Source: an uncultured bacterium
Lineage (GTDB): Bacteria; Acidobacteriota; HRBIN11; JAKEFK01
Reading direction: 5' to 3'
DNA: 64,000 nucleotides
Assembly: GCA_963777505.1 (NCBI GenBank)
Contig: CAVZQN010000004.1
Coordinates: 1,152,001-1,216,000 of the forward strand
Made by a program: the position numbers and the translations under genes. A model generated the notes under the pieces. The model saw nothing but the letters and a program-made list of their open reading frames with translations, was not told the DNA's origin and ran no database searches. This document shows positions 28,537-38,751 of the stretch, one piece after another (positions within the stretch are counted from its first letter, which is position 1; each line of letters begins with the position of its first letter).

Positions 28537-29010
28537 ATGAGCATGAGCCATTCAAAGATCTACTTTTTGGTTTTGAACCTGGCTTTTTGCATTGCTTCTG
28601 CTGCACTCGCAGCCGACTCTGATGATTCAAAGTATCGTTATCTTCGTCCCTTATCGACAAATCTGAAACCTGAGGATGTCAAAGATTCTGCTGAGCCTGA
28701 ATTCACTATTGCAAGAGACATCATCCGTGAGGAGAGAGAAGAACTTGACGATGAAGACCACGATTTCAAGATTTTTCTGAAACACTCTAAAGCAGGGATG
28801 GAACATCTTCGCAACTCAAAACGGATCATGGAAGAAGTCGAACGAGAAATCTCGAAAAAACGCCAACACGAAGAAAAGGAATTGAAGAAATTCCTTGCTG
28901 AAATTGATAGAGAGCGAAGAAAGCATATCGTAGAGATTGAACGAGAACAGAGAAAGCTCATCCAGGAAATAGAACGGCAATATCGAAAGGGCCTTAAGAA
29001 AATAGATTGA
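28537..29010 (+). CDS. Hypothetical secreted charged coiled-coil protein
   Basis: Signal peptide (ALA|AD); E/R/K-rich helical repeats; GAGGTG SD. Confidence 0.6.
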   Translation: MSMSHSKIYFLVLNLAFCIASAALAADSDDSKYRYLRPLSTNLKPEDVKDSAEPEFTIARDIIREEREELDDEDHDFKIFLKHSKAGMEHLRNSKRIMEEVEREISKKRQHEEKELKKFLAEIDRERRKHIVEIEREQRKLIQEIERQYRKGLKKID

Positions 29011-29039
29011 GTTGTTCAGGTTCTTGAGCTTTGGGGTAG

Positions 29040-31442
29040 ATGCTCGAAATGAAAACATCCGAGTTTTGGAATTCTATTGCAAATGTGAAAACGAGAGGCC
29101 GTATTCTATTCGCCGGTTGTGCGGCCGTTGTAGTGGTGATGACCTATCTTGTCATACTTTATTTTCACAGCTGGTGGACAATTGAAAATTATCTAAGATC
29201 CGAAAAATGGTCACTGCCTTCCACTCTGTACTCAGAAGCTCCCGTCATCCGGTTAGGGATGCCAGCAAAATCAAAGGCGTTTGTCGATCACTTCCGCCGC
29301 TTGAATTATCACAAGCACAGTATGAGTCAGCCAATGGATCAGGACGGGACATATGCTGTGTTTTCTAATGGAGTTGTTTTCAAAAAACGCCAGCTTTTTT
29401 TAGACAAGCCAAGACACCACCCAATCCGTGTTGAAATCAAATCCGATCGCATTAGCCGGATCGTTGATCTGGATACATCACGTTCCATTGATAAATATGA
29501 ACTCGAGCCGATTCCGATTAGAAGTCTTTTTGGTAAAACAATCGAGAAAAGACGGATCGTTCCATACGAGGAAATTCCCGATCACTTAATTGAAGCGGTT
29601 ATTGCAATTGAAGACCGTCGTTTCTTCAAACATCATGGCATCGATTTTCCTGCGATTGCTCGCGCCATTTTGAACAACCTTGGCAACAATAGAATGTCGC
29701 AGGGCGCAAGCACAATCACTCAGCAGTTTGCAAAGAACTCGTTTCTTACAAGGGAAAGAACAATTCAGAGAAAGATTCGGGAAGCCATCATGGCTACCGT
29801 GCTTGAGGCTCGTCTAAGTAAGGAAGAGATTCTTGAATTGTATTTGAATGAGATTTATTTAGGTCAGCAAGGTTCTGTCGGGATTCATGGAATCGGAGAA
29901 GCAAGCCGTTTTTATTTTGCTAAAGATGCACAACATGTCACTGTGCCTGAGGCCGCATTATTGGCCGGCATGATTCAAGCTCCCAGCGCTTTGAACCCAT
30001 ACAATCATCCAAAAAATGCAAAACAAAAACGCGATACAGTGCTGCTGGCAATGAGGAATCTTGGCTTTATCTCATCTAAACAACATGATGTATGGGTGAA
30101 ATCAAACATTGTTGTGCGTCCGCTTGACGCGCGTATGGATGCTGCACCGTACTTCGGTGATCTTGTAAAAGCCAAATTGTCTGAGAAATATGATGGAGAA
30201 GCGATTCATAAAAAGAATTTAGCAATCTTTACTACCTTAAATTTGGAGATGCAGGAAGCTGCAGAACAAGCGCTCAAAAATGGTTTAGCGAAGATTGATT
30301 CAGCCAGGTATTCAAAAACAGGAAAGAGCATACAAGGTTGTCTAATTGCAATTGATCCTGAAACCGGTTTTGTTCGCGCGCTTGTTGGCGGGCGTTCATA
30401 TGCGCCTGGCCAGTTTAATCGTGTAAAGCAAGCTTCGCGTCAGCCTGGCAGTGCGTTTAAGCCAATCGTTTATGCTGCGGCACTTGAACAGGCTTTTTCT
30501 TCAATTCAAAGTTCTAAGGTGAAATCGGCTAGAAATTTTTTTACTCCGGCTACACTTGTGCGAGATGAACCGTGGCTCTTAAAGTATTCAAATAAACAGT
30601 GGGAACCAAAAAATTATGATGGTTACTATCATGGCGATGTAACTTTAAGAACCGCTCTGGCCCATTCTTTAAATGTTCCAACAGCAAGATTGGCAAGTGA
30701 AGTAGGCTGGAAAAATATTTCCGATCTGGCACAGGAACTTGGATTTACAAATGTAAAACCGTTTCCTTCGCTTGCTCTCGGTGCATTTGAAGCGAGTCCA
30801 TGGCAGATGGCCGAAGCTTACACTGTGTTTGCAAATGAAGGCGTGAAAACCTCATTGAATATGATCAAAGAGGTGAGTGATTCACATGGAAAAGTTTTAC
30901 AAACAACGCAAATTCAGAACGAACGAGTCTTCCATGCCGAAACCGCTTTCTTAATCACAGATATGTTGAGGTCGGCAATGGTTGATGGTACAGCAGCATC
31001 CTCACAACGCAGTGGTTTCACGCGTCCGGCGGCTGGAAAAACCGGAACAACAGATGAATTTCGAGATGCATGGTTTGTCGGATACACTCCTCAACTGCTT
31101 TGTGTTGTATGGGTGGGATACGATGATAATACTTCGTTAGAGATGAACGGTTCACAAGCTGCACTTCCAATCTGGCTTGAATTTATGAAAAAAGCTGCGA
31201 TAAAACTTCCCGTTCAATCTTTTGATGTGCCGGACGGAATCGTTTTAAAGAGAATTGATCCAACCAACGGACGCCGTGCCAATGAAGGATGTCCGGTTGT
31301 AATCGATGAAATTTTTATACGCGGTACGGAGCCTCAATCATTTTGTGAGGAGCACGATGAATGGGGTTTGGCAGACGACAGTCGAAGCGACCGCAGATCT
31401 GTCAGCATTTGGAAACGTCTCAAGAGATTGTTTAGAAATTGA
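29040..31442 (+). CDS. mrcB: Class A penicillin-binding protein (PBP1B type)
   Basis: TM anchor, UB2H-like region, EDRRFFKHHG, GASTITQQ, RKIRE; GSAFKP, SLN, KTGTT. Confidence 0.9.
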   Translation: MLEMKTSEFWNSIANVKTRGRILFAGCAAVVVVMTYLVILYFHSWWTIENYLRSEKWSLPSTLYSEAPVIRLGMPAKSKAFVDHFRRLNYHKHSMSQPMDQDGTYAVFSNGVVFKKRQLFLDKPRHHPIRVEIKSDRISRIVDLDTSRSIDKYELEPIPIRSLFGKTIEKRRIVPYEEIPDHLIEAVIAIEDRRFFKHHGIDFPAIARAILNNLGNNRMSQGASTITQQFAKNSFLTRERTIQRKIREAIMATVLEARLSKEEILELYLNEIYLGQQGSVGIHGIGEASRFYFAKDAQHVTVPEAALLAGMIQAPSALNPYNHPKNAKQKRDTVLLAMRNLGFISSKQHDVWVKSNIVVRPLDARMDAAPYFGDLVKAKLSEKYDGEAIHKKNLAIFTTLNLEMQEAAEQALKNGLAKIDSARYSKTGKSIQGCLIAIDPETGFVRALVGGRSYAPGQFNRVKQASRQPGSAFKPIVYAAALEQAFSSIQSSKVKSARNFFTPATLVRDEPWLLKYSNKQWEPKNYDGYYHGDVTLRTALAHSLNVPTARLASEVGWKNISDLAQELGFTNVKPFPSLALGAFEASPWQMAEAYTVFANEGVKTSLNMIKEVSDSHGKVLQTTQIQNERVFHAETAFLITDMLRSAMVDGTAASSQRSGFTRPAAGKTGTTDEFRDAWFVGYTPQLLCVVWVGYDDNTSLEMNGSQAALPIWLEFMKKAAIKLPVQSFDVPDGIVLKRIDPTNGRRANEGCPVVIDEIFIRGTEPQSFCEEHDEWGLADDSRSDRRSVSIWKRLKRLFRN

Positions 31443-31458
31443 TTCATCAACGCTGAGT

Positions 31459-32295
31459 TCAACGTTGAACAAATGTACCCCGGCGTAAGTCTCCCAGAGC
31501 TTCCTCAATTTCCTCTTTTGTATTCATAACAAACGGGCCATATCGTGCAACACTTTCTCTAAGCGGTTTACCTGATGCCAGAATGAAACGTGCTGTCTGA
31601 TCTTTGGCTCTAACGTTTATGAAGTCTCCATCTCCGAATACAACCAGTCTTGGAGCTGAAACTTCAGTTTCACCAAAGTTCGCTGTACCTTCGAAGATAT
31701 ATGCAAAGGCATTGTGATCTGAAGGGATTGAATACTGGAAAGAAGTTTGTGGAGGCACAAGTACATCCATATATGTTGGAGCGGCTGCAATATCTGCAAC
31801 CGGTCCGGTAGCATCGCCAACGGTTCCCGCAATTACGCGAATTTCGGCGCCTTCAGTTGTTTTGATTTCCGGTATCGTATTACTCAGGACTTCCTGATAA
31901 TTCGGTTTAGACATCTTTAGTTTTGCAGGTAAATTTACCCAGAGCTGCATTCCATGAATTCCTTCCGGCCGGAGCTGAGGCATTTCTTCATGCATAATTC
32001 CGCCGCCAGATGACATCCATTGAACATCGCCCTTTCCAATCTTGCCAGAATTTCCAAGAGTATCTCTGTGTTGAACTTCACCTGATAGTACGTAGGTCAC
32101 AGTTTCAATCCCGCGATGCGGATGCATTGGAAATCCGGCTTCATAGTCTTCAGGCTTTGTGTTGGTAAAATGGTCCAGCAACAAGAACGGATCTAAATAA
32201 TTTAACGGGCCTCCAATTGTTCTTTGTACAAAAACTCCGGCACCTTCACGAACCCTGTAGGGTTGAATTACGTCTTGAACCTTTCTTTCTTTCAT
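31459..32295 (-). CDS. Pirin family protein
   Basis: DPFLLLDHF, FPMHPHRGIETVTY, GIMHEE, QLWVNLP, YGPFVMN. Confidence 0.95.
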   Translation of the reverse strand: MKERKVQDVIQPYRVREGAGVFVQRTIGGPLNYLDPFLLLDHFTNTKPEDYEAGFPMHPHRGIETVTYVLSGEVQHRDTLGNSGKIGKGDVQWMSSGGGIMHEEMPQLRPEGIHGMQLWVNLPAKLKMSKPNYQEVLSNTIPEIKTTEGAEIRVIAGTVGDATGPVADIAAAPTYMDVLVPPQTSFQYSIPSDHNAFAYIFEGTANFGETEVSAPRLVVFGDGDFINVRAKDQTARFILASGKPLRESVARYGPFVMNTKEEIEEALGDLRRGTFVQR

Positions 32296-32342
32296 AATGT
32301 CACCTTCAATTTAAAGTATAGAATTCCTGTCAAGTGCCGTTC

Positions 32343-32436
32343 GTAGTCGGGCACGCGGCCGAGCGAATGCGAGGCAGTGCCGTTCTAACGGTACTGTCCG
32401 GCCGCAGAAATGCGGCGGAACTGCGTACCCGACTAC
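32343..32436. repeat. REP/REPIN-like GTAG...CTAC palindromic element
   Basis: GTAGTCGGGCACGC ... GCGTACCCGACTAC terminal inverted repeats enclosing internal hairpins. Confidence 0.6.
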
Positions 32437-32481
32437 AAAAGATATAATGAATCACACAACACAACAATTGAGGATAGAACA

Positions 32482-32964
32482 ATGATTCCAAAAGAAGATC
32501 TACATAAATGGATTAAGAAGGAGTTTGCAACAACCTTAAAGGTCTTAAAGGCATATCCGCCTGAAATGCTCGATTTCCGACCGCACGAACGTTCGAGTGA
32601 TGCAATCAAACTGACGTCAACTTTCGTTTTTGAAATGCATTTACTTTCAATGAACATTTTTGGTGATGCGATTGATCGTTCAATATTCAGTACTTACAAA
32701 CCAGGCCGTTTTCAGACTTTAATCGAAGATTTTGAAGCGGAGACTTCGAAATTTTTATCCCGTTTTGAGCAGATGCCTGAAGAAGAATTGAATAAGACCG
32801 TGAAATTTGCAGGAGTAACATTCAGGGCTGATGAATTTATACTTGCCATGATCTGCGATCAGGTTCATCACCGCGGACAGCTTTCCGTATATGTCAGAAT
32901 GGCCGGCGGAAAAGTGCCTTCTATTTATGGACCATCCGCTGATGATAAAGCAACGAACCTTTAA
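32482..32964 (+). CDS. DinB family protein
   Basis: FRPHERS, DQVHHRGQLSVYVRMAGGKVPSIYGPSAD; start at ATG 32482 with GAGGA SD. Confidence 0.88.
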   Translation: MIPKEDLHKWIKKEFATTLKVLKAYPPEMLDFRPHERSSDAIKLTSTFVFEMHLLSMNIFGDAIDRSIFSTYKPGRFQTLIEDFEAETSKFLSRFEQMPEEELNKTVKFAGVTFRADEFILAMICDQVHHRGQLSVYVRMAGGKVPSIYGPSADDKATNL

Positions 32965-32968
32965 CGCG

Positions 32969-35039
32969 CTATTGTTGACGAATCAACTGAGGCCTTTCAC
33001 TGCATGTAGGTAGAAAGTAAATCCCGACATCATTCTTTCCGGCACTCAAAGATATTTCGGGAATTAAGGTGTCGAAATGATGTGTTGTTGAATCGAGTGG
33101 CGCCGAAAGTGTAGTGGCTCGATAGATTCCATTTACGGAGACCGCAAGCACAATCTTTTTTGCAGGCAGATCGTTTCCGTGAATTCTTCCGGCAACAAAA
33201 ACAGGAAGAAAATTTGTTTGCAGATTTACATTGGCAAGGAGATTTTGATTACGCATTTTTGCCGAAAATCCGTCAACGCTTTGCGTTTCTGCTTCAACGC
33301 TCTTGCCGATTATCTCTCGACATGGGGAGTTCAGGTTTTCGATTTGTTGGCCGGAACCAAACCAGCGTAACTTTCGATGAAGTGCTAAATTGTCAGATTT
33401 GAAATTTGCATCAAATCGATTGCGAATTTTACAGTTTTCAGAACATATGATGCGTGTCCGATCTTTGGGCGGAGGAGAAGACGCTACGCTAATGCCATCC
33501 ATTTTCCATGGAATTTCAACGCCCGCGAGTTCTGCAATGGTTGGAAGAATGTCGATTGTTTCTACATTCCAATCCAGTATTCTTCCTCCTTTCTGTCCCG
33601 GAGTTTTTATGAATAAAGGAACAAAAATAACTTCTTCAGCATTTTCCCGCGTCACTGTCCGAAGCGTCTTGCCTGATGTAAAACTGATTCCATGATCTGC
33701 AGTGATTACGATTATGGATTGATCATACAAGCCGGATTTTCGAAGCTTTTTCAAAAATTCCCCAATCCAGTAATCAACAAAGCCAACTTGCATCAAGTGC
33801 CTTTGATAAGCCCTCTGGACAGCTGCTTCATCGTCTAGCCATTTTGCAAACACCAGATTCATCCCCTCATACGTTTGAGATCCATAACTTTTTCCTGATG
33901 GCAAAAGATACCAGGGGAAATGAGGAACATTCGGATGAATAAAATGAAGGACTGGTCGTTTTGTTGGTTGAATAGAATTCAGAAAATTTCTGCAAATGAA
34001 CATCTGGATCTTTGCTATTCATGCGGCGATCCGTTTTTCCTTTTTCTGAATCAGAAGCAAAATCACCCCACGATTGTGTAATTGGCGGCAAATAAATCGA
34101 ATATTTGTGCGGAAGAATAATGTGAAGATAAACAAGAGTGAGATCTGAAATTAGGGAAGTCCACAATTGGACATGATTTCTTTCAAATGCAATTTCATGC
34201 GGATTCATCCAGGTTACAGTTTCAAAAACATTCAAGTCATATGACTTTGCAAAAAGCGTGAAGAGGTTCTTCGGGTATTGAATCGTGATCGGCAACCGGT
34301 CAGGTTCTGGATAGTTGCCCGTCAGAATTCCTGCCAGTGACTCTTCTGTGCGTTCTGCTACCGTGCTGCAGGCACGATACCAGTTCCATTCACGAGTTAA
34401 GTTTGCGAAGTTTGGATATCGTATTGCGTCTACATTCCGGTGTTCGTCTAAAAGAGATATGAGTGGAAATTCATCAAAAACAATGAGAAAAACAGGAGTT
34501 TCGGAGCGAACACTCACATCTGGAATCTCAACTGGATTCGAAAACATCAATTGCCAAATTTTCGGGCTTGCAATGAAAAGAAACGGCACAATAAGCGCGG
34601 CCGGAGCGAGATAAAGATAAAACAAACGCAACCAGTGAAACCGAAAGTATCCAAGACTTGTGATGACACAAATCAAAACAAGAGCAACCATAAAAAAGTT
34701 GCTTACTATCATCTGCTGGCGATTAAATCCTGGAAGCAAAAAAACAAGAGTAAAAAATGTTATTAATAGCAATTGAAACAAACGGCCGGCACCTGGACTG
34801 ATTTTCGAAATAAGAAACCGGATGAGCACCAGAATCCCCGGCAAAAGAATGCTGATAACTAACGTAAATGCGAGCAATTCAAAACGTGAAATGCGTTTGA
34901 AGACAAAAAATTCTGCATACCGTGCGAGGATTTCAAATAAAGGCCGGGCAACGGTTAGATTAAAAAGTCCGAATATGGCTAGAGCATCTATAACCGAAGT
35001 TGTTTTCGCGGTTCTCTCAGCATTGAACTGCCCCATCAC
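32969..35039 (-). CDS. Membrane-anchored sulfatase-like (alkaline phosphatase superfamily) transferase, split by +1 frameshift near 33985
   Basis: 5 N-terminal TMs, IVFDEFP, T at nucleophile position (ERTEESLAGILTG), PHFPW, VITADHG, DILPTI. Confidence 0.8.
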
Positions 35040-35080
35040 TGATCATTCTAACCGACGACAGCCATCATGAGTGCACCTCC

Positions 35081-36464
35081 ATGTATCATATGTATATGAA
35101 TATTGCCCGGTTAATAACATGTTTATTAACCATCTTCATACTTGCGGCTGGGTGCGATACTTTTTCTAATGATGATGCAAAGTCGCAACCTAATATTTTG
35201 TTTCTCATAAGCGACGATCACAGCGGAGAGGATCTAGGCTCAACGGGTGAGAACAGACCTCGCACACCCGCGCTGGATGCCCTGGCTGCAGCGGGAGCGC
35301 GCTTCATGAATGCATATGCATTATCTCCGCAATGTAGCCCAAGCCGTTCTGCAATCATGACTGGACGTTCGCCGCATGCAACGGGAACCTCGCGGCTTCA
35401 CAGCGCTCTTACGGAAGAACACGATACAGTGATTGATGCGCTGAAGCGATCGGGTTATTACGTAGGTGCGTTTCACAAAGTCCATCTTGGAGAAAGTTTC
35501 CAGTCACGATGGCAATTTTATGGAGATAAGGATGCATCCTTTGAATTGTTTTTCCGCGATCGTCCGCGCGATCAACCGTTCTTTCTTTGGGTAGGGTTTG
35601 ACGATCCACATAGACCCTATCAATCAGGCGCAGTATCAAATCCGTTTGATCCTGAAAATGTGCGAGTTCCTGGATTTCTGCCGGATACAAATGCTGTTCG
35701 TACGCGATCTTGCAGATTATTACGATGAAATTGCGCGAATGGATTCAGATGTTGCCAGAATACTTTCACTGCTTGAAACGAATGGCCTGGCTAAGAATAC
35801 GCTTGTTGTTTTTGCCGGTGACAACGGGATGCCATTCCCGGGTGCGAAAGGTTCGCTCTATCATCAAGGTGTAAATGTACCGTTAATCGTCCGATGGCCG
35901 GGTTATATTAAAGCTGCACAAGTAAAAAATGAGGTCGTTTCGTTAGTTGATCTAGCGCCTACGTGGCTCGAAGCCGCAGGCATTAAACCACTCGCACAAA
36001 TGGAAGGGAAGAGTCTTCTTCCACTTTTGACCGGGCAATCGAGATCCCCAGATCGGCCGGCCTTTTTTGAACGGAACTGGCACGATAATCTTGATTTGAT
36101 ACGAGGCGTCCGCTCGGGTCGTTACCTGCTCATTCAAAATTACCGGACCGAATTGCCTTATCCACCAACTCTCGATCTCGTTCAGTCGCCAAGTTGGGTT
36201 GCAATTCGGGAACTTCATGGACAAAGCAAATTATCACAAGCGCTTGAGCAAAGATATTTTGCTGCTCCACGTCCGGAGGTTGAGTTGTTCAACCTCGATC
36301 TGGATCCTTTTCAACTTCAAAATCTTGCAGCCGATCCGGCTCACTCTGCCATTGTTGGAAATCTGCAAAAACTCCTTGGCGATTGGATGATTTCCACAAA
36401 CGATTTTCTTCAACCACCTATTCCTCCCAAGCGCAGCACTCACGGTGAATCCATACGTCAATAG
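35081..36464 (+). CDS. Cys-type sulfatase (sulfamidase-like), possible lipoprotein, split by +1 frameshift near 35703
   Basis: PNILFLISDDH, CSPSRSAIMTGR, DPHRPY, GDNGMPFPGAKG, VDLAPT; LAAGC lipobox. Confidence 0.88.
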
Positions 36465-36480
36465 AAGATAAGTGGAGGAT

Positions 36481-36519
36481 GAAGTAGAAGATAGAAGATA
36501 GAGGATAGAAGATAGAAGA
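36481..36519. repeat. Heptamer tandem repeat (AGAAGAT)n
   Basis: tagaagatagaagatagaggatagaagatagaag. Confidence 0.75.
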
Positions 36520-36588
36520 GCGCTCCATTCCGTTGATCTGTGACTAATTCAATCAGTGTTCACCAGTGTTTAAGTAAAAGGGATTGCA

Positions 36589-37797
36589 ATGTATGATGCG
36601 ATTGCTCTAGAATTGCAACAAATGATGCACACACACGATTCCGTAGAACCTATTTCACGCCGCGCGATGCTGAAAGCACTTGCCGGAGGCATGCTTCTGC
36701 CAGGCGCATTTATGATCAATCTTGGCCGTTCGAAAGTTTTCGCAGGAGATGTGCGCGAGTATTCATCTCGAGCCATTGATCTTGTCGGTCGATCACTGGT
36801 GATCGATATGCTTGGTGTACTCGCAATTGATGATAAGAAAGCAGATCGATGGATCAGTTCGCCGGAAGGGATGTCAGCGGAAGAGCTTGCGGCGTTTAAA
36901 ACTTGCGGAATCAATACGTTTCACAATGCATTTGGTATTGGGGGACCAACTTCATATGAAGATGCACTCCTTTTCATGGCAAGCTATAGCGCTTTTCTGA
37001 ATCGCATGAGCAATGACTTTACCCGAATCAGTACAACAAAGGATATGGAGAGTGCCAAGAAGGATGGCAAGATCGGCGTTATTCTGGGTTTACAAAATGC
37101 GGATCAATTTCGGACCCCAGATGACGTCAAACTTTTTTACGGATTGGGAATGCGCTGTGCACAACTTACATACAACACACAAAATATGATTGGCTCCGGA
37201 TCAACTGAGCGTGTGGATGGCGGCGTCACCGATTTTGGTGCAGAAATTATTAAGAAGATGAATGAAATCGGAATGCTGGTAGATGTTTCTCACAGCGGCG
37301 ATCGAACAACTCTGGATGCGATCGATTTATCCGCAAAACCGATTGCTATTACACATTCCAACTGCAGAGCACTCAATAATCACCCGCGGCTAAAAACCGA
37401 TGAAGCAATCCGTAACCTTGCCGCTAAGGATGGTGTTATTGGAATCACTGGCGTACGTATGTTTGTGCGCGACCGGGAACCCACGACAATCGATCATTTC
37501 GTCGATCATATTGATCATGTTATTAAACTTGTTGGGGTGGAACATGTTGGAATCGGCTCTGACTCTGATCTGAACGGTTATGATGATCTCCCCGAGGATA
37601 TGCAGAAAAAACTGCGTGAAAGCTATAAGTCCAGTTATGCTTTCCGCGAGAAAATAGATATTGAAGGTCTTGATCATCCCCGCAAAGTCTTTGATCTTAC
37701 CGAAGCCTTAATTCGCCGCGGCTATAGCGATTCCAATATCGAAGCAATCCTTGGTGGAAACTTCAAAAGGTTACTTCTGCAAGTCTGGGGCAGCTAA
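36589..37797 (+). CDS. M19 membrane dipeptidase with Tat signal
   Basis: SRRAMLK twin-arginine; LVDVSH, THSNC, DHIDH, VGIGSD, ILGGNF. Confidence 0.9.
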   Translation: MYDAIALELQQMMHTHDSVEPISRRAMLKALAGGMLLPGAFMINLGRSKVFAGDVREYSSRAIDLVGRSLVIDMLGVLAIDDKKADRWISSPEGMSAEELAAFKTCGINTFHNAFGIGGPTSYEDALLFMASYSAFLNRMSNDFTRISTTKDMESAKKDGKIGVILGLQNADQFRTPDDVKLFYGLGMRCAQLTYNTQNMIGSGSTERVDGGVTDFGAEIIKKMNEIGMLVDVSHSGDRTTLDAIDLSAKPIAITHSNCRALNNHPRLKTDEAIRNLAAKDGVIGITGVRMFVRDREPTTIDHFVDHIDHVIKLVGVEHVGIGSDSDLNGYDDLPEDMQKKLRESYKSSYAFREKIDIEGLDHPRKVFDLTEALIRRGYSDSNIEAILGGNFKRLLLQVWGS

Positions 37798-37820
37798 GGG
37801 CCCAGGATCTAAACTGCACG

Positions 37821-37842
37821 TAGTACTATAACTATAGTACTA
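37821..37842. repeat. Perfect AT-rich palindrome, second copy at 52741-52764
   Basis: TAGTACTATA-AC-TATAGTACTA and CTAGTACTAT-GAGT-ATAGTACTAG, both at or just after 3' ends of + strand genes. Confidence 0.6.
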
Positions 37843-37890
37843 TGAAATTAACGAAAGAACCTGTCCACGCTTTTTAATGAAAATATTTTG

Positions 37891-38565
37891 CTAAGAAAAT
37901 ACAGGGATTAGTACATTCGGAATGAAGTCGACTAAGAAATGCGTAATGATATTCGCTTTTAAGTCGCGCCGCTTAATATAAAGCACGGCAAGAATGGCTC
38001 CTGCAACAAACGAGATGATGATACCGCCGATTCCTTGTCTGTAGTGAAAGATTGCAAAGAGGATTAGTGGAATCAAGAAATAGATAAACCAATTTCCAGT
38101 CATTTTTTCCAGACGTTCGATAACATAACCGCGGTAACAAACTTCTTCTACAATTCCGGCCCGCAATACCATCAATGAAATGACCCACAAAGAAACATTT
38201 TTATAGCGCTGGATTTCGCCGCCTTCACCAAATTTGATTCCAACCTTGCTGAAAATAAAAAGAAGTAATGCCAGTGCAGCGGCAGCAATGACAACTCCAA
38301 GAAGTCCCCAAAGAATCGATTTGCCCCAGTGTCTGTTATGAAGACCAATTGAATCTAAGCCTAGCTTTTCTCCTTTAACAATCAGCAGCAGAAGGATTCC
38401 TGTTAACGCAAATATGGAGAGTTCTTTCGTCAGTACGAAAGCATTCGTAAAAGGACCGGGAGAAGCTGTTTTTTGAAAAATGAAAATTAGAAGGGGGACA
38501 CCAAAAAGTGCGATCGCAAGCCCGATATAAGTTATAGCCGGAGTTCGCTCCACGCTCTGTTGCAT
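37891..38565 (-). CDS. CPBP (CAAX/Abi) intramembrane metalloprotease
   Basis: EEVCYRGY, FAIFHY, HFLVD motifs; multiple TMs. Confidence 0.9.
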   Translation of the reverse strand: MQQSVERTPAITYIGLAIALFGVPLLIFIFQKTASPGPFTNAFVLTKELSIFALTGILLLLIVKGEKLGLDSIGLHNRHWGKSILWGLLGVVIAAAALALLLFIFSKVGIKFGEGGEIQRYKNVSLWVISLMVLRAGIVEEVCYRGYVIERLEKMTGNWFIYFLIPLILFAIFHYRQGIGGIIISFVAGAILAVLYIKRRDLKANIITHFLVDFIPNVLIPVFS

Positions 38566-38751
38566 TCGCCACGAATCATACCATGCAATTTGTAACGCCG
38601 GCATTTTCAGATTTCAACCACGAAGGCCACGAAGCATCACGAAGATTTTTCTTTAATTATTTGTATCTTCGTGCTTCTTCGTGAACTTCGTGGTAAAAAT
38701 CCTAAGAGCCGGCTGGGAGCCGACGTTACAAATTGCTATATAATCTGCCGC

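Noticed and set aside
37891-38565. CPBP 'Abi' protein as phage defence
   Set aside because: The family name is historical; there is no defence-island context here.
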